Positions 7,807 to 18,284 are shown, counted from the first letter of the stretch. The stretch is 32,000 bases of DNA from Desulfotalea psychrophila LSv54 (GCF_000025945.1 NC_006138.1:450001-482000), one strand, 5' to 3'. Numbers and translations: made by a program. Notes: a model not told the origin generated them from the letters alone.

Positions 7807-8334
7807 TTACCAAGATATTTTTTCTATATCCTGACTCTCTAAAACTCCCAATCGCAAACGACGTTGCAGATCTTCTTCAAGCAGGGTCACCGTCCTTCCC
7901 CCCTCCCACTCCTGCCAATCCGGGGCAATCTCCCGCAAAGGAGAGAGAACAAAGAGACGGTCGGCAAGATGGGGATGAGGCAGAGTCAGACGAGCTGTCT
8001 GCATCCGCTCATCAGCATAGTATAACAGATCAAGATCCAGACTACGATCCTGATATCCCAGCTGATCCGGAGAACGTTTTCGGCCAAAATGGGCCTCCGT
8101 TGCCAACAGCTGGTCAAGGAGGTTCAGGGCCGAGATCTCTACCCGCAGGCAGCCAACCGCGTTAACAAAGAGATTATCACTCTCCATGCCAACAGGGGCG
8201 CTCTGATAGGGAGAGGAGAGGGAGACAGTCTCTACACCCTTAAGATTGGCCAAATGCTGCCAGGCCGCAAGAAGAAGGGCCCGGCTGTCACCCAGATTAG
8301 ACCCCATACCTATATAGGCTATTACCTTTGCCAA
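7807..8334 (-). CDS. folK: 2-amino-4-hydroxy-6-hydroxymethyldihydropteridine diphosphokinase (HPPK)
   Basis: The 175-aa protein shows IAYIGMGSNLGD, FGRKRS...RSLDLDLLYY and LTLPHPHL, all typical HPPK motifs. Confidence 0.88.
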   Translation of the reverse strand: MAKVIAYIGMGSNLGDSRALLLAAWQHLANLKGVETVSLSSPYQSAPVGMESDNLFVNAVGCLRVEISALNLLDQLLATEAHFGRKRSPDQLGYQDRSLDLDLLYYADERMQTARLTLPHPHLADRLFVLSPLREIAPDWQEWEGGRTVTLLEEDLQRRLRLGVLESQDIEKISW

Positions 8335-8343
8335 GAAGCTCTC

Positions 8344-9153
8344 CTATAGATCCTGCAAGCCGAGGACATCAAACATATCGTAGATGCCATTCTCGCGTCC
8401 CACCAACCAAGCCGCAGCCGTGGCCGCGCCTTTAGCAAAATGGTCCCGACTATGGGCACGATGAGAGATCTCCAACCGTTCACCGGCACCGGCAAAGTAG
8501 ATGGTATGCTCGCCGACAATATCCGCCGCCCGCAGGGTTTGGATACCTATCTCCTTGGGATCACGCTCGCCGATGATACCGTTACGCTCATAGACACCCA
8601 CCTCGGCCAGATTACGCCCCACACCCTCGGCCGCCATCTCGGCAAGCTTAAGGGCAGTTCCACTGGGTGCATCCTTCTTCTTATTGTGATGGGCCTCAAG
8701 AATCTCGATATCATAGTCATCGCCAAGGATAGCAGCCGTCTTCTTGGCCAGCTTAAAGAGGACGTTAACACAGACGGACATATTGGGTGCCTGAACACAG
8801 GGAAAGGAGGCAGAGAGGTCCTTGAGCTCAGCAAGCTCATCGACGGAAAGTCCGGTGGTACCAATAACCATGGCCTTACCGTGCTTAGCGGCAATACGAG
8901 CAAACTCCATGGTGGCCGTATGAAAGGTAAAGTCTATAATCACATCGCCATCGGCAATAACTGATTCAAGACCTTCCCCAACAATGACCCCATTTTCTTC
9001 ACCGAAGACAATCCGACCAATATCCTTACCAATGGCAGGATTTCCTGCCGCCTCAAAGGCTGCCGCGTATTCAAGCTCAGGATGGGCCTCTACCATATGG
9101 GCAACCCGCTGCCCCATGCGCCCGCTGGCGCCTGCTATAATAACTTTTGTCAT
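8344..9153 (-). CDS. dapB: 4-hydroxy-tetrahydrodipicolinate reductase
   Basis: MTKVIIAGASGRMGQ (NAD(P)-binding site) and EAHHNKKKDAPSGTA (DapB signature). The track ORF begins at 9204, but the ATG at 9153 gives the canonical N-terminus. Confidence 0.92.
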   Translation of the reverse strand: MTKVIIAGASGRMGQRVAHMVEAHPELEYAAAFEAAGNPAIGKDIGRIVFGEENGVIVGEGLESVIADGDVIIDFTFHTATMEFARIAAKHGKAMVIGTTGLSVDELAELKDLSASFPCVQAPNMSVCVNVLFKLAKKTAAILGDDYDIEILEAHHNKKKDAPSGTALKLAEMAAEGVGRNLAEVGVYERNGIIGERDPKEIGIQTLRAADIVGEHTIYFAGAGERLEISHRAHSRDHFAKGAATAAAWLVGRENGIYDMFDVLGLQDL

Positions 9154-9236
9154 AACTCTCTCTGCAAAACTCTGTTTCGGCGGGAACCAGAAACTGATCC
9201 CCACCTGGGAAATATTCTTTTTTTTGGGGAGGGGGC

Positions 9237-10118
9237 TTAAATCAAGTTGAGACCCTTCATGGCAAGCTTAAGATTGGCAAGATTATCATCATCAATGGGG
9301 GTCATGGGAATACGAGGCAGTCCCTCTCGGATAACACCCATCAGCTCCAAAGCCTTCTTAGCAGGAGCAGGACTTGGAGCGGCGAACATCTGCTTCATCA
9401 TATCATACATCTGATAGTGAAGCTGACGGGCGCGATCCCAGTCGCCGGCAAAGGTGGCCTCCTGCATCTCCGCCATCCCCTTAGGGAAGACATTGGAGAT
9501 AACAGAAATAACGCCCTTGCCGCCAATAACATTGGTGGGCATAGAGGTGAAATCATCGCCTGAGAGAACAATGAAATCCTCCGGGCATTTACGAATCACA
9601 TCGGAGATCTGCTCAAGACAACCACAGGCCTCTTTTATACCGATGATATTATCAATCCCAGCAAGTCGGGCCGTGGTTTCCGGAGCAATATTAACCACCG
9701 TCCGTCCTGGCACATTATAGAGAAACATCGGGATATCAACAGCCTCGGCAATGGCCTTAAAATGCTGATAAATACCCTCCTGACTCGGTTTGTTATAGTA
9801 GGGGGCAACGGAGAGTATTGCATCCGCACCGCTCTCCTTGGCACTCTCGGAGAGATCTATCGCCTCAAGGGTATTATTAGCCCCTGCTCCGGCAATAACT
9901 GGAACCCGACCAGCCACCGTCTTAATGGCAAGGTCCATCACCTGCTTATGCTCATCAAAACTGAGGGTTGCCGATTCACCCGTGGTTCCACAGGGAACAA
10001 TACCGTGGGTGCCATTGGCTATCTGAAACTCTATCAGATCAACAAAACTCTGTTCATCCACCTCACCGTTGATAAACGGTGTAATAATTGCCACATAGGC
10101 ACCGTGAAACTTTTCCAT
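9237..10118 (-). CDS. dapA: 4-hydroxy-tetrahydrodipicolinate synthase
   Basis: PCGTTGESATLS, YNVPGRT and IIGIKEA (active-site Lys region). The ATG at 10118 is preceded by GGGAGGTG. The track start at 10130 is a TTG. Confidence 0.92.
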   Translation of the reverse strand: MEKFHGAYVAIITPFINGEVDEQSFVDLIEFQIANGTHGIVPCGTTGESATLSFDEHKQVMDLAIKTVAGRVPVIAGAGANNTLEAIDLSESAKESGADAILSVAPYYNKPSQEGIYQHFKAIAEAVDIPMFLYNVPGRTVVNIAPETTARLAGIDNIIGIKEACGCLEQISDVIRKCPEDFIVLSGDDFTSMPTNVIGGKGVISVISNVFPKGMAEMQEATFAGDWDRARQLHYQMYDMMKQMFAAPSPAPAKKALELMGVIREGLPRIPMTPIDDDNLANLKLAMKGLNLI

Positions 10119-10185
10119 AACACCTCCCAAATCAAAACTTCTATAGAAGTTATTGCTTATATAAACCTTGAAAAACCAACTCTAA

Positions 10186-11079
10186 TTAACGCTTTCCAAG
10201 TTCCTTTACTATATCAGCGGGCAGAGCCTCTGCAGCCAGCTCTCCCTGATAGATAATTCGCGCAGGCCCGCTAAGAGATGGCGCCGCCTCCTGAGGAGGA
10301 CAGCCCGTCTTAAAGGCAATGCTTAAAATCTCTCCACCTGAACTTACAATATTTACCGGTGAAGCAAAGCCATATTTTTTACTGAAACAGAGAGCCGCAG
10401 CCACCGCCCCTGTACCGCAGGCCATGGTCTCATCCTCGACACCACGCTCATAGGTACGAACATAGAGGCTATTGCCCTCGCCCCGAGAGACAAAATTGAC
10501 ATTGGTGCCAGCGGGAGCAAAATGGTCATGATTGCGGACAATCCTGCCCCACTCCTGAACCGGGATATTGCCAATCCCCTGCCCCTCACTGACCTCATCG
10601 ACATAGACCACCGCATGGGGAACACCGGTATTAAGAAAATCGACCTGACAGGAGGTGCCGCCAAGCTCAAGGGAGAGACCTGAACGATAATCTTCAGGAG
10701 CAGTCATCTGCAGACAGACTGTATCATCGGCAAAAACCTCTGCCTCGATGATGCCGGCCAGAGTGGCAAAAGACATCTTCGCCCCGGCAATGCCACGGCT
10801 GAAGGCATAACGAGCCGCACAGCGAGCCCCATTACCACACATCTCAGCCAGGGAGCCATCGGCATTATAAAAATCCCAGGAAAAATCTGCTATGCTACTC
10901 TTCTCAATAAAGATAATACCATCGGCACCGACAGAAAACATCCGAGGGCAGATATGGGCTGCAAGTTTTGCCCGAATGGCAGGGGGGACAGCCCCCTCTC
11001 TATTATCAATAAAGATAAAATCATTACCGGCGCCACTCATCTTGGTAAAAGAGAGTGCACCCTTTTCCATATGATCCAT
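10186..11079 (-). CDS. dapF: Diaminopimelate epimerase
   Basis: FTKMSGAGNDFIFID, plus the two catalytic Cys motifs MCGNGARC and MACGTGAVA. GGAGGAG sits 5 nt upstream of the ATG. Confidence 0.92.
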   Translation of the reverse strand: MDHMEKGALSFTKMSGAGNDFIFIDNREGAVPPAIRAKLAAHICPRMFSVGADGIIFIEKSSIADFSWDFYNADGSLAEMCGNGARCAARYAFSRGIAGAKMSFATLAGIIEAEVFADDTVCLQMTAPEDYRSGLSLELGGTSCQVDFLNTGVPHAVVYVDEVSEGQGIGNIPVQEWGRIVRNHDHFAPAGTNVNFVSRGEGNSLYVRTYERGVEDETMACGTGAVAAALCFSKKYGFASPVNIVSSGGEILSIAFKTGCPPQEAAPSLSGPARIIYQGELAAEALPADIVKELGKR

Positions 11080-11099
11080 AAAAACTCCTCCAGTTCATA

Positions 11100-11136
11100 A
11101 TAAAAAAGACCCTTCTGGATTATCAGAAGGGTCTTT
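11100..11136 (-). terminator. Rho-independent terminator between the lipoprotein gene and dapF
   Basis: A 12-bp stem, AAGACCCTTCTG (11106-11117) pairing with CAGAAGGGTCTT (11124-11135), around a 6-nt loop. On the minus strand it is followed by TTTTTT. Confidence 0.75.
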
Positions 11137-11157
11137 CAAAATCAGCTGCTCACCTAT

Positions 11158-12219
11158 TTATTGGTAACGAGGAAAGGCTTCCTGAGAGGCAGGACTCTCG
11201 TTGGCGGGTTGGGCAGTATCAATTGCCCTCACCACATAAAAATAACGACCCTTATCCGGAACGGGATCCGTATAGACAATAACATCAGCTGCCACCTCCT
11301 TAACCAGACTAAAGTCCTTCTGATCTTCCCCTCGTCGATAGAGGCGATAGCCGGCAAGATCGTCCACCTTCACCCCCTGCCAAACAAGTTTAATACCAGC
11401 CCCGACCCGAATAGCAAGAAGACCGCGCGGGGTTGGAGGCGCAGTTCGATCAACGGACTCAACCTGAGCCACCTTGCTATAGGACCCTTGAGCAAACTCA
11501 CCCTGATAGTCCATAAGGCTCTGCACCCGATAGCTGTACTTCTTGCCCCGGGCAACACGACGATCAAGATATCCTGTGCTCTCAAGAAGATCACCAATAT
11601 TTTGAAAGCTAGCACCACCAGAAGACCTCTGAACCTGATAGAGCAGAGGGTACTGAGAAGAGCTGCCGTCAATCAGCCTTTCTACCGGCTGCCAACTCAA
11701 CTCGATCTGGCCATCGCCTGCCAGAACCTTGAAGTTTGCAGGAGCTGCAGCAGGGGTAAACCAGATAAAGGAGACTATATTAGAGTCAGAACTTGCTGCC
11801 CACCAACTAGTACGGGAGCGAATGGCAAAGAAGTACTTATTGCCAGAAACAAGTGACGAGACGGCAAGTTCCCCCCTCTGGGGAGTCTCTCCATCAAAGA
11901 CCTCACCACCGGGCAGAGACGTTGGCGGATCAAAAGGAATGGGACAATTTTCACAGACTTCTTCCAGGGGCATCTGGCCCCGATAGAAGTCAAAGCTATC
12001 AATGGACTGTAACTTCGTCCCGGCAACGCTCTCAAGAGGATAGGACCAGGTAAGATGCGCACCTTCAGCATCAATAGTATAGCGCAGATCCCGGATTGCC
12101 GTAGGCACCACTGTCTGCGGAGCCACGGGCGGATTTTTAAAACCACAACCGCCACTGACAAGTAAGAGTGCTCCCACAAGAACTGAACATCCCAACTGCA
12201 GTCTCTGCGCCATCTTCAT
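11158..12219 (-). CDS. Lipoprotein with three fibronectin-type-III-like modules
   Basis: MKMAQRLQLGCSVLVGALLLVSGGCGF provides a lipobox. A repeated ...L-x-W-x-P/V... module recurs three times (HLTWSYP, IELSWQPV, IKLVWQGV...GYRLYRR). The likely ATG at 12219 overlaps the argH stop as TAATG. Confidence 0.65.
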   Translation of the reverse strand: MKMAQRLQLGCSVLVGALLLVSGGCGFKNPPVAPQTVVPTAIRDLRYTIDAEGAHLTWSYPLESVAGTKLQSIDSFDFYRGQMPLEEVCENCPIPFDPPTSLPGGEVFDGETPQRGELAVSSLVSGNKYFFAIRSRTSWWAASSDSNIVSFIWFTPAAAPANFKVLAGDGQIELSWQPVERLIDGSSSQYPLLYQVQRSSGGASFQNIGDLLESTGYLDRRVARGKKYSYRVQSLMDYQGEFAQGSYSKVAQVESVDRTAPPTPRGLLAIRVGAGIKLVWQGVKVDDLAGYRLYRRGEDQKDFSLVKEVAADVIVYTDPVPDKGRYFYVVRAIDTAQPANESPASQEAFPRYQ

Positions 12220-13613
12220 TAGGCTATCCCCACACATTTTTCAGCAAGGGTGAGCGCTTCTGTCACCCGGACAAGGCCTGTTCCACCGGTGGAGACACGA
12301 CTATTGACAGAACCCTCTGCGGTAAGCACGGCGAAAACGTCGCTTTCAATAACCGGAGAGAACTCCTGCATTTCCGTAAGGGTAAGATCGGGAAGCTCGC
12401 AACCCTTGGCAATACAGGCGGCAACTGCGCTACCGACGATATGATGGGCCTGACGAAATGGCACATCCTTCATTACCAGATAGTCGGCAAGATCCGTTGC
12501 CGTGATAAAACCGGTCTCGGTGGCTTCAGCGCAACGAGCGGTATTAAACTTCATATGCGCCATCATCTCGGCGGTGATAGAAAGGGAGGCAGATACGGTA
12601 TCAATAGCATCAAATACCGGTTCCTTATCTTCCTGCTGATCACGATTATAGGTGAGCGGCAATCCCTTCATCATGGTGATAAGGCTGATCAGGCTACCCA
12701 CAACCCGGCCAGACTTACCGCGGATAAGCTCGGCAATATCAGGGTTTTTCTTCTGGGGCATAATGGAAGATCCGGTACAGAAACTATCGGAAATATCCAC
12801 AAACTTATACTCAGAGGTAGACCAGGTCACCAACTCTTCGGCAAGACGGGAGAGGTGGAGCTGAATCATAGTAAGGCAGGAGGTCAGCTCAATTGCATAA
12901 TCGCGATCCGCAGAGGTATCCATGGAGTTTGCGGTAACACCGGCAAAGCCCAGAGCCTTAGCCACCTGCTCACGATTAATGGGCAGACCGGTTCCCGCCA
13001 TGGCAGCACAGCCAAGGGGAGAGAGATTGAGACGTTTACGGCAGTCGAGGATACGATCACGATCACGTCTGAACATCTCGTAATAGGCCAGCATATGGTG
13101 GGTGATGAGTACCGGCTGAGCACGCTGAGTATGGGTATAACCAGGCATAATATCGCCAAGATACTTACGACCAACCACAGTAAAGGCACGACAGGCACCA
13201 TCGAGAAGCTCTACCAGATGGTCACATTGATCACGAAGATACATCTTGAAGTCGAGGGCGATCTGATCATTACGGCTACGAGCTGCATGCAAACGAGAGC
13301 CAGCAGCGCCAATGCGATCCACCAGAGCCTGCTCAATGTTCATATGAACATCTTCATACTCGGTCTTAAATTCGAAGACTCCTGCCTCAATATCTGCCTC
13401 AATACTGGAAAGTCCTGCAATGATCTGCTCAAGTTCTTCCGGGGAAATAATTCCCTGACTGCTGAGCATAGTCGCATGGGCCTTAGAGCCGGCAATATCA
13501 TACTTGTACAAACGGACATCATAGCTGATGGACTCGCTGAATTTTTCCACCGAGGCTGCCATTGCTTCGCTAAAACGTCCACCCCACAACTTCTTTGATT
13601 TTTGCTCTGTCAT
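12219..13613 (-). CDS. argH: Argininosuccinate lyase
   Basis: 464 aa. KLWGGRFSE, TGYTHTQRAQP and GSSIMPQKKNPD (fumarate-lyase signature). Confidence 0.95.
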   Translation of the reverse strand: MTEQKSKKLWGGRFSEAMAASVEKFSESISYDVRLYKYDIAGSKAHATMLSSQGIISPEELEQIIAGLSSIEADIEAGVFEFKTEYEDVHMNIEQALVDRIGAAGSRLHAARSRNDQIALDFKMYLRDQCDHLVELLDGACRAFTVVGRKYLGDIMPGYTHTQRAQPVLITHHMLAYYEMFRRDRDRILDCRKRLNLSPLGCAAMAGTGLPINREQVAKALGFAGVTANSMDTSADRDYAIELTSCLTMIQLHLSRLAEELVTWSTSEYKFVDISDSFCTGSSIMPQKKNPDIAELIRGKSGRVVGSLISLITMMKGLPLTYNRDQQEDKEPVFDAIDTVSASLSITAEMMAHMKFNTARCAEATETGFITATDLADYLVMKDVPFRQAHHIVGSAVAACIAKGCELPDLTLTEMQEFSPVIESDVFAVLTAEGSVNSRVSTGGTGLVRVTEALTLAEKCVGIA

Positions 13614-13672
13614 CTCTGTATCTCTTCTCTATTTAGATATCCCGCACCACCAGGATGCGGGACGGGAGTTTA

Positions 13673-14869
13673 TTACTTGCCCTGCAGTGCGTTGATCTTC
13701 AAACGAAGGCCATTGAGACGGATAAAACCGGTGGCATCGCCCTGGTCATATACATCATCTGCTTCAAAGGTGGCAAAATCTTCTTTGTAAAGACTCTGAT
13801 CAGACTTACGGCCAACAGAAAAACAGTTGCCCTTATAAAGCTTCATACGTACCACACCGCTTACGGTCTTCTGGGCAGTATCCATGGTCATCTGGAGAAG
13901 CTCGCGCTCAGGTGAGAACCAGAAACCATTGTAGATAAGCTCAGCATAACGAGGCACCAAAGAGTCACGAATCTTCATCACCTCACGATCGAGACAGATG
14001 GTCTCAAGATCACGGTGAGCATGATAGAGCAGGGTTCCACCAGGAGTCTCATAGACACCACGACTCTTCATACCAACGAAACGGTTCTCGACAAGATCAA
14101 GACGACCAACAGCATTTTCACCGGCAACCTTATTAAGCGCTCTGAAAAGCTCAAGTGGTTCCATGGCAACGCCATCAAGGGCTATAGGATCACCGTTTTG
14201 AAAGGTGATTTCCAGATAGGTAGGCTTGTCCGGGGCCATCTCAGGAGAGACGGTGAGTTTGAACATATCCGGATCAGGCTCATTCCATGGGCTCTCAAGG
14301 ATGCCGCCCTCAAAGCTGATGTGAAGCAGGTTCTCATCGGAGCTATAGGGGTTTTTCTTGGTGGTTGGCACAGGAATATTATGCTGCTTAGCATACTCTT
14401 CAAGTCTGGTACGGGAGTTGAGATCCCAGGTACGCCATGGAGCAATGATCTGCAGACTAGGATCAAGACCGATATAACCGAGCTCAAAACGAACCTGATC
14501 GTTACCCTTACCGGTGGCGCCATGACTTACGGCGTTGGCACCCTCTGCATGGGCAATACGTACCTGCTCTTTAGAGATAAGTGGACGGGCAAGAGAGGTA
14601 CCAAGAAGATAGGTGCCCTCGTAAATTGCAGATGCACGAAAGGCGGGGAAGATATAATCTTCAACAAATTCCTTCTGCAGGTCGGAAACGATTACCTTAT
14701 CGGCACCGGTGGCCATACCCTTTTCCTTAACTGCATCCCAATCCTCTATCTGGCCAATATTAGCAGAATAGGCAACAACAGGACATTCATACTCATTGGC
14801 CAACCACTTTAAAATAACAGATGTATCTAAACCGCCTGAATAGGCGAGTACAATTTTATCAACGCTCAT
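13673..14869 (-). CDS. argG: Argininosuccinate synthase
   Basis: 398 aa. VLAYSGGLDTS (PP-loop) and SHGATGKGNDQVRFE. Confidence 0.95.
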   Translation of the reverse strand: MSVDKIVLAYSGGLDTSVILKWLANEYECPVVAYSANIGQIEDWDAVKEKGMATGADKVIVSDLQKEFVEDYIFPAFRASAIYEGTYLLGTSLARPLISKEQVRIAHAEGANAVSHGATGKGNDQVRFELGYIGLDPSLQIIAPWRTWDLNSRTRLEEYAKQHNIPVPTTKKNPYSSDENLLHISFEGGILESPWNEPDPDMFKLTVSPEMAPDKPTYLEITFQNGDPIALDGVAMEPLELFRALNKVAGENAVGRLDLVENRFVGMKSRGVYETPGGTLLYHAHRDLETICLDREVMKIRDSLVPRYAELIYNGFWFSPERELLQMTMDTAQKTVSGVVRMKLYKGNCFSVGRKSDQSLYKEDFATFEADDVYDQGDATGFIRLNGLRLKINALQGK

Positions 14870-14909
14870 AGCATCCTCTAAAAAATATTTTACCTAACAA
14901 ATTCAACTA

Positions 14910-15821
14910 CTACCCAAGAAATCGCTCAAGAATTGCCTTGTGCATGTGCATTTTATTCTCTGCCTCATCAAAGGCGACACACTGAGGTCCCTCAAGTACA
15001 TCTTCTGTAATCTCCTCACCACGATGGGCAGGAAGACAGTGGAGGACGATGGCATCATCGGCTGCCTTTGCCATCATTTCTGCATTTACCTGATAGCTTG
15101 CAAAAATTTTCAGGCGCTCATCCTGCTCACTTTCTTGCCCCATTGAGGCAAAAACGTCAACATTTATAACATCAGCGCCAAGCACAGCCGTTTGAGGATC
15201 ACGCAGAAGGGTAATAGGCTTTGCTCCCTCGGCCTGGGCTGCGGCAAGAATCTCAGCATCAGGATCATACCCTTCAGGGCAGGCAAGAATCAACTCAAAA
15301 CCAAGTTTTGCCGCTGCCTGAATCCAGGAGTTGGCCATATTATTACCATCACCCACCCAGACAATCTTTAGATCCTGAATAGCACCTTTCTTCTCAATTA
15401 CCGTCATGATATCGCTGAGAATCTGACAGGGATGATGAAGATCGGTAAGGGCATTGATCACCGGCACGGTAGCATACTGGGCAAGCTCATTTACCACTTC
15501 CTGACCAAAGGTACGGACAACTATACCATCAACATAACGGGACATGACCCGAGCCATATCCTTCAGAGGCTCCGATCTTGACAACTGGGTGTCACGACCA
15601 GAGAGAAAAAGAACCTGACCGCCAAGACCGTACATAGCCGATTCAAAGGAGACACGGGTTCTGGTGGATGGTTTTTCAAAGATCAGAGCAACGCTCTTAC
15701 CTGCAAGCTGCTGATGGCGAATACCCCGGGATCGCTCCTCTTTAAGCTCAATGGCTCTGGCTATAAGGCTGGCAATCTCTTCCCCGGTAAAATCTCCCAA
15801 TGACGACAAATGATCTGGCAT
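14910..15821 (-). CDS. argF: Ornithine carbamoyltransferase
   Basis: 303 aa. FEKPSTRTRVSFE (carbamoyl-phosphate site) and HCLPAHRGEE. Confidence 0.93.
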   Translation of the reverse strand: MPDHLSSLGDFTGEEIASLIARAIELKEERSRGIRHQQLAGKSVALIFEKPSTRTRVSFESAMYGLGGQVLFLSGRDTQLSRSEPLKDMARVMSRYVDGIVVRTFGQEVVNELAQYATVPVINALTDLHHPCQILSDIMTVIEKKGAIQDLKIVWVGDGNNMANSWIQAAAKLGFELILACPEGYDPDAEILAAAQAEGAKPITLLRDPQTAVLGADVINVDVFASMGQESEQDERLKIFASYQVNAEMMAKAADDAIVLHCLPAHRGEEITEDVLEGPQCVAFDEAENKMHMHKAILERFLG

Positions 15822-15966
15822 AATTTTCGCTCCTATCCCTAACGATATACCCCTCTGAACTGCAAGGAGTCACAATATAAATTCAACATAAAAAGCCAAG
15901 CAAACATCATTACATAAAAATAATATCCTTTGCAAAAGCTTTTCACCTTGATGTAAAGAAAAACGT

Positions 15967-17160
15967 CTACAGCACTGACAAAACTTCCCTGAGAGCGGCT
16001 GCCAGAGAGTCACACTGCTCCCGGCTTACCACCAAAGGCGGGGCAAAGCGCAGGGCAACGCCACCGGCAAAGTTGATCAGAAAGCCCTTTTCAAGCATTT
16101 CCATAACAATCTTTGAACCACTCTTCTTCCCCTCCTCGGTCATCACCAGACCCCGAAGTAGCCCCAAGCCACGCTCCTCAGTGAAAATGGCAGGAAATTC
16201 TTTAACAAGTTTGCCGAGGCTCTGGGCCAGATGCTCAGCCACGGACTTCACCTCAGCCAAGAAGCCATCCTCAAGAATCACCTCCAGATTGGTGCTTGCC
16301 GCAGCACAGACAACAGGGTTTCCGCCAAAGGTAGAACCATGGCTTCCCGGCACCAAACTTGCGGCAACGGCATCACGGGTAATAATGGCACCGATGGGCA
16401 TACCCGAGGCCAGGCCCTTGGCCAGAGTCATGATATCTGGTTCCACCCCGAATACCTGATGGGCAAAGAGACTGCCTGAACGGCCAACACCGGTCTGAAC
16501 CTCATCAAATATCAGTAAGACACCGTGACGATCACAGATATCCCGAATGCCCTGCAGATATTCCCTGCCAAGGGGGCGTACTCCGCCCTCTCCCTGCAGG
16601 GGTTCGCAGAGAACAGCACAGACCGTATCATCAATCATTGCCTCAAGGGCATCAAGATCGGCAAAGGGGGCTGCGGCAAAACCGGTGGGAATAGGCTCAA
16701 AACCTGCGCAGAATCTGGCCTGCCCCGTTGCCGCCAGGGTTACCATGGTCCGGCCATGAAATGCCCCCGTCAAAGAGATAATCTTATTCTTGCCGGCAGG
16801 GGCATGAATACGGGCAAGCTTAATCGCCGCCTCATTGGCCTCGGCGCCGGAATTACAAAAGAAGACCTTGTCGCCAAAGCTATTTTCCACCAACAGTTCA
16901 GCAAGGCGAGTCTGGGCCTCGGTATAATAAAGATTTGAAACATGGATAAGGCGCTCGGACTGCTCGCGGATAGCATTTACTATCCGGGGATGACAGTGTC
17001 CCAGACTACAGACAGCAATGCCTGCCAGAAAATCCACATATTTCTTACCGTTCGCGTCGGTGAGCACACAGCCTGTTCCCTCTGTAAAGGCTACAGGATA
17101 TCTACCGTAGTTACCAACGAGTACCTTATCCGCCCTCTCTTTTACCGATTCATTCGTCAT
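15967..17160 (-). CDS. argD: Acetylornithine aminotransferase (class III PLP aminotransferase)
   Basis: 397 aa. FCNSGAEANEAAIKLAR, LIFDEVQTGVGRSG and MTLAKGLASG (PLP Lys). It sits within the arg cluster. Confidence 0.9.
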   Translation of the reverse strand: MTNESVKERADKVLVGNYGRYPVAFTEGTGCVLTDANGKKYVDFLAGIAVCSLGHCHPRIVNAIREQSERLIHVSNLYYTEAQTRLAELLVENSFGDKVFFCNSGAEANEAAIKLARIHAPAGKNKIISLTGAFHGRTMVTLAATGQARFCAGFEPIPTGFAAAPFADLDALEAMIDDTVCAVLCEPLQGEGGVRPLGREYLQGIRDICDRHGVLLIFDEVQTGVGRSGSLFAHQVFGVEPDIMTLAKGLASGMPIGAIITRDAVAASLVPGSHGSTFGGNPVVCAAASTNLEVILEDGFLAEVKSVAEHLAQSLGKLVKEFPAIFTEERGLGLLRGLVMTEEGKKSGSKIVMEMLEKGFLINFAGGVALRFAPPLVVSREQCDSLAAALREVLSVL

Positions 17161-17208
17161 CGTCCATCACTCCAACAGCGCCGATCATTTGACCAACAGC
17201 GTCATCTG

Positions 17209-18099
17209 TTAATAAATTTCTGTTCCCACCCCGTCCCGGGTGAAAATTTCGAGCAAAATAGCATGCTCAACCCGACCATCTACGATATATGTTTTTGCTA
17301 CACCGCCCTTGACCGCATCTTCACAGCAACGCACCTTAGGAATCATGCCACCCATAATGGTGCCATCCTCTATCAGCCCGTTCAGCTCCTGCCATTCAAG
17401 GGTAGTTAACAGATCACCGGCCTTATTCTTAACCCCCGGCACATCTGTTAAAAGAATCAACTTCTCAGCAGAGAGCTCTGCGGCAATAGCACTGGCCACC
17501 AGATCTGCATTAATATTAAAGGCCCGACCATCCTCACCGACACCCACGGGAGCAATAATCGGAATAAAATCATCCTGACTGAGGGTTTCCAAAACATGGG
17601 AGTTAATCTTTGTTACCTGACCAACACGGCCGACGTCTATCAGCTCAGGGGGATTATCACCTACCTGGGCCTGATTCATCTGCAATTGTTCGGCACAGAC
17701 AAGGTCACCATCCCGGCCCGACAGGCCAACTGCCTTACCGCCACAGTGATTAATCAGACCAACAATTTCCTTATTGACCTTACCCACCAGCACCATCTCC
17801 ACCACATCCATGGTCTCACCATCGGTGACACGCATACCCTGAACATAGCTCGGCTTAATATCCAATCGGTCAAGGAGGTTATTTATCTGCGGGCCACCAC
17901 CGTGAACAATGATAGGGTTGATGCCAATCTGCTTGAGCAAAATCACATCAAGGGCAAACTGCTTCTTCAACGCCTCATCAACCATTGCATGCCCACCGTA
18001 CTTAATAACGATGGTCTTATGCCGAAATTCCTGCATATAGGGCAGTGACTCTATTAGGACCTTTGCCCTTTCTATGCTCTTTTCCACAGTATCGTTCAT
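17209..18099 (-). CDS. argB: Acetylglutamate kinase
   Basis: 296 aa. [19 protein letters not shown] and [12 protein letters not shown]. Confidence 0.93.
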   Translation of the reverse strand: MNDTVEKSIERAKVLIESLPYMQEFRHKTIVIKYGGHAMVDEALKKQFALDVILLKQIGINPIIVHGGGPQINNLLDRLDIKPSYVQGMRVTDGETMDVVEMVLVGKVNKEIVGLINHCGGKAVGLSGRDGDLVCAEQLQMNQAQVGDNPPELIDVGRVGQVTKINSHVLETLSQDDFIPIIAPVGVGEDGRAFNINADLVASAIAAELSAEKLILLTDVPGVKNKAGDLLTTLEWQELNGLIEDGTIMGGMIPKVRCCEDAVKGGVAKTYIVDGRVEHAILLEIFTRDGVGTEIY

Positions 18100-18255
18100 T
18101 TTTTACACTCACAACCAATTGTTATTTAGCCTGGAAGACGCACTGGGTTCTTTTATTCTCCTACAAAGAGAAAAACCCGAACTATTTGCACACTATACTA
18201 ATAGTTATAAGCCTGTTCGTAAAGGTGCTTTACAAGAAACTGCGCATTAGAACTA

Positions 18256-18284
18256 TTTACTTTCACCAACCTATACATTACAAT
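18256..18284 (+). promoter_or_regulatory. Candidate sigma-70-type promoter for lptA-lptB-rpoN
   Basis: TTTACT (18256-18261), a 17-nt spacer, then TACAAT (18279-18284), about 50 nt upstream of the lptA ATG. This rests on pattern matching only. Confidence 0.3.

Noticed and set aside
12168-13598. A 476-aa open reading frame on the plus strand, antisense to almost the whole of argH
   Set aside because: It lies exactly in register with the argH codons: plus codon 13596-13598, TGA, is the reverse of argH Ser codon TCA. Its openness therefore only shows that argH avoids TTA, CTA and TCA codons. The translated product is low-complexity with no motif, while argH on the other strand has unmistakable signatures. 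It is a codon-usage shadow, not a gene.
13640-13662. A hairpin, TCCCGCA-N9-TGCGGGA, between argG and argH
   Set aside because: The stem is only 7 bp and no U-tract follows it on the coding (minus) strand. It is probably not a terminator, and argG-argH are likely co-transcribed.
14015-14812. Other long antisense ORFs: 14015..14812 opposite argG, 8440..8964 opposite dapB, 11161..11856 opposite the lipoprotein gene, 21039..21713 opposite the TatT-like gene, and 16525..16938 opposite argD
   Set aside because: The explanation is the same as for argH. Each lies opposite a gene with strong family motifs and has no motif, RBS or sensible composition of its own.
15871-15887. A possible ArgR ARG box (CACAATATAAATTCAAC) upstream of argF
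   Set aside because: Only one half-site (ATTCA) matches the TGAAT-N4-ATTCA core well. I saw no second adjacent box, and the presence of ArgR in this lineage is unknown. The evidence is too weak to call.
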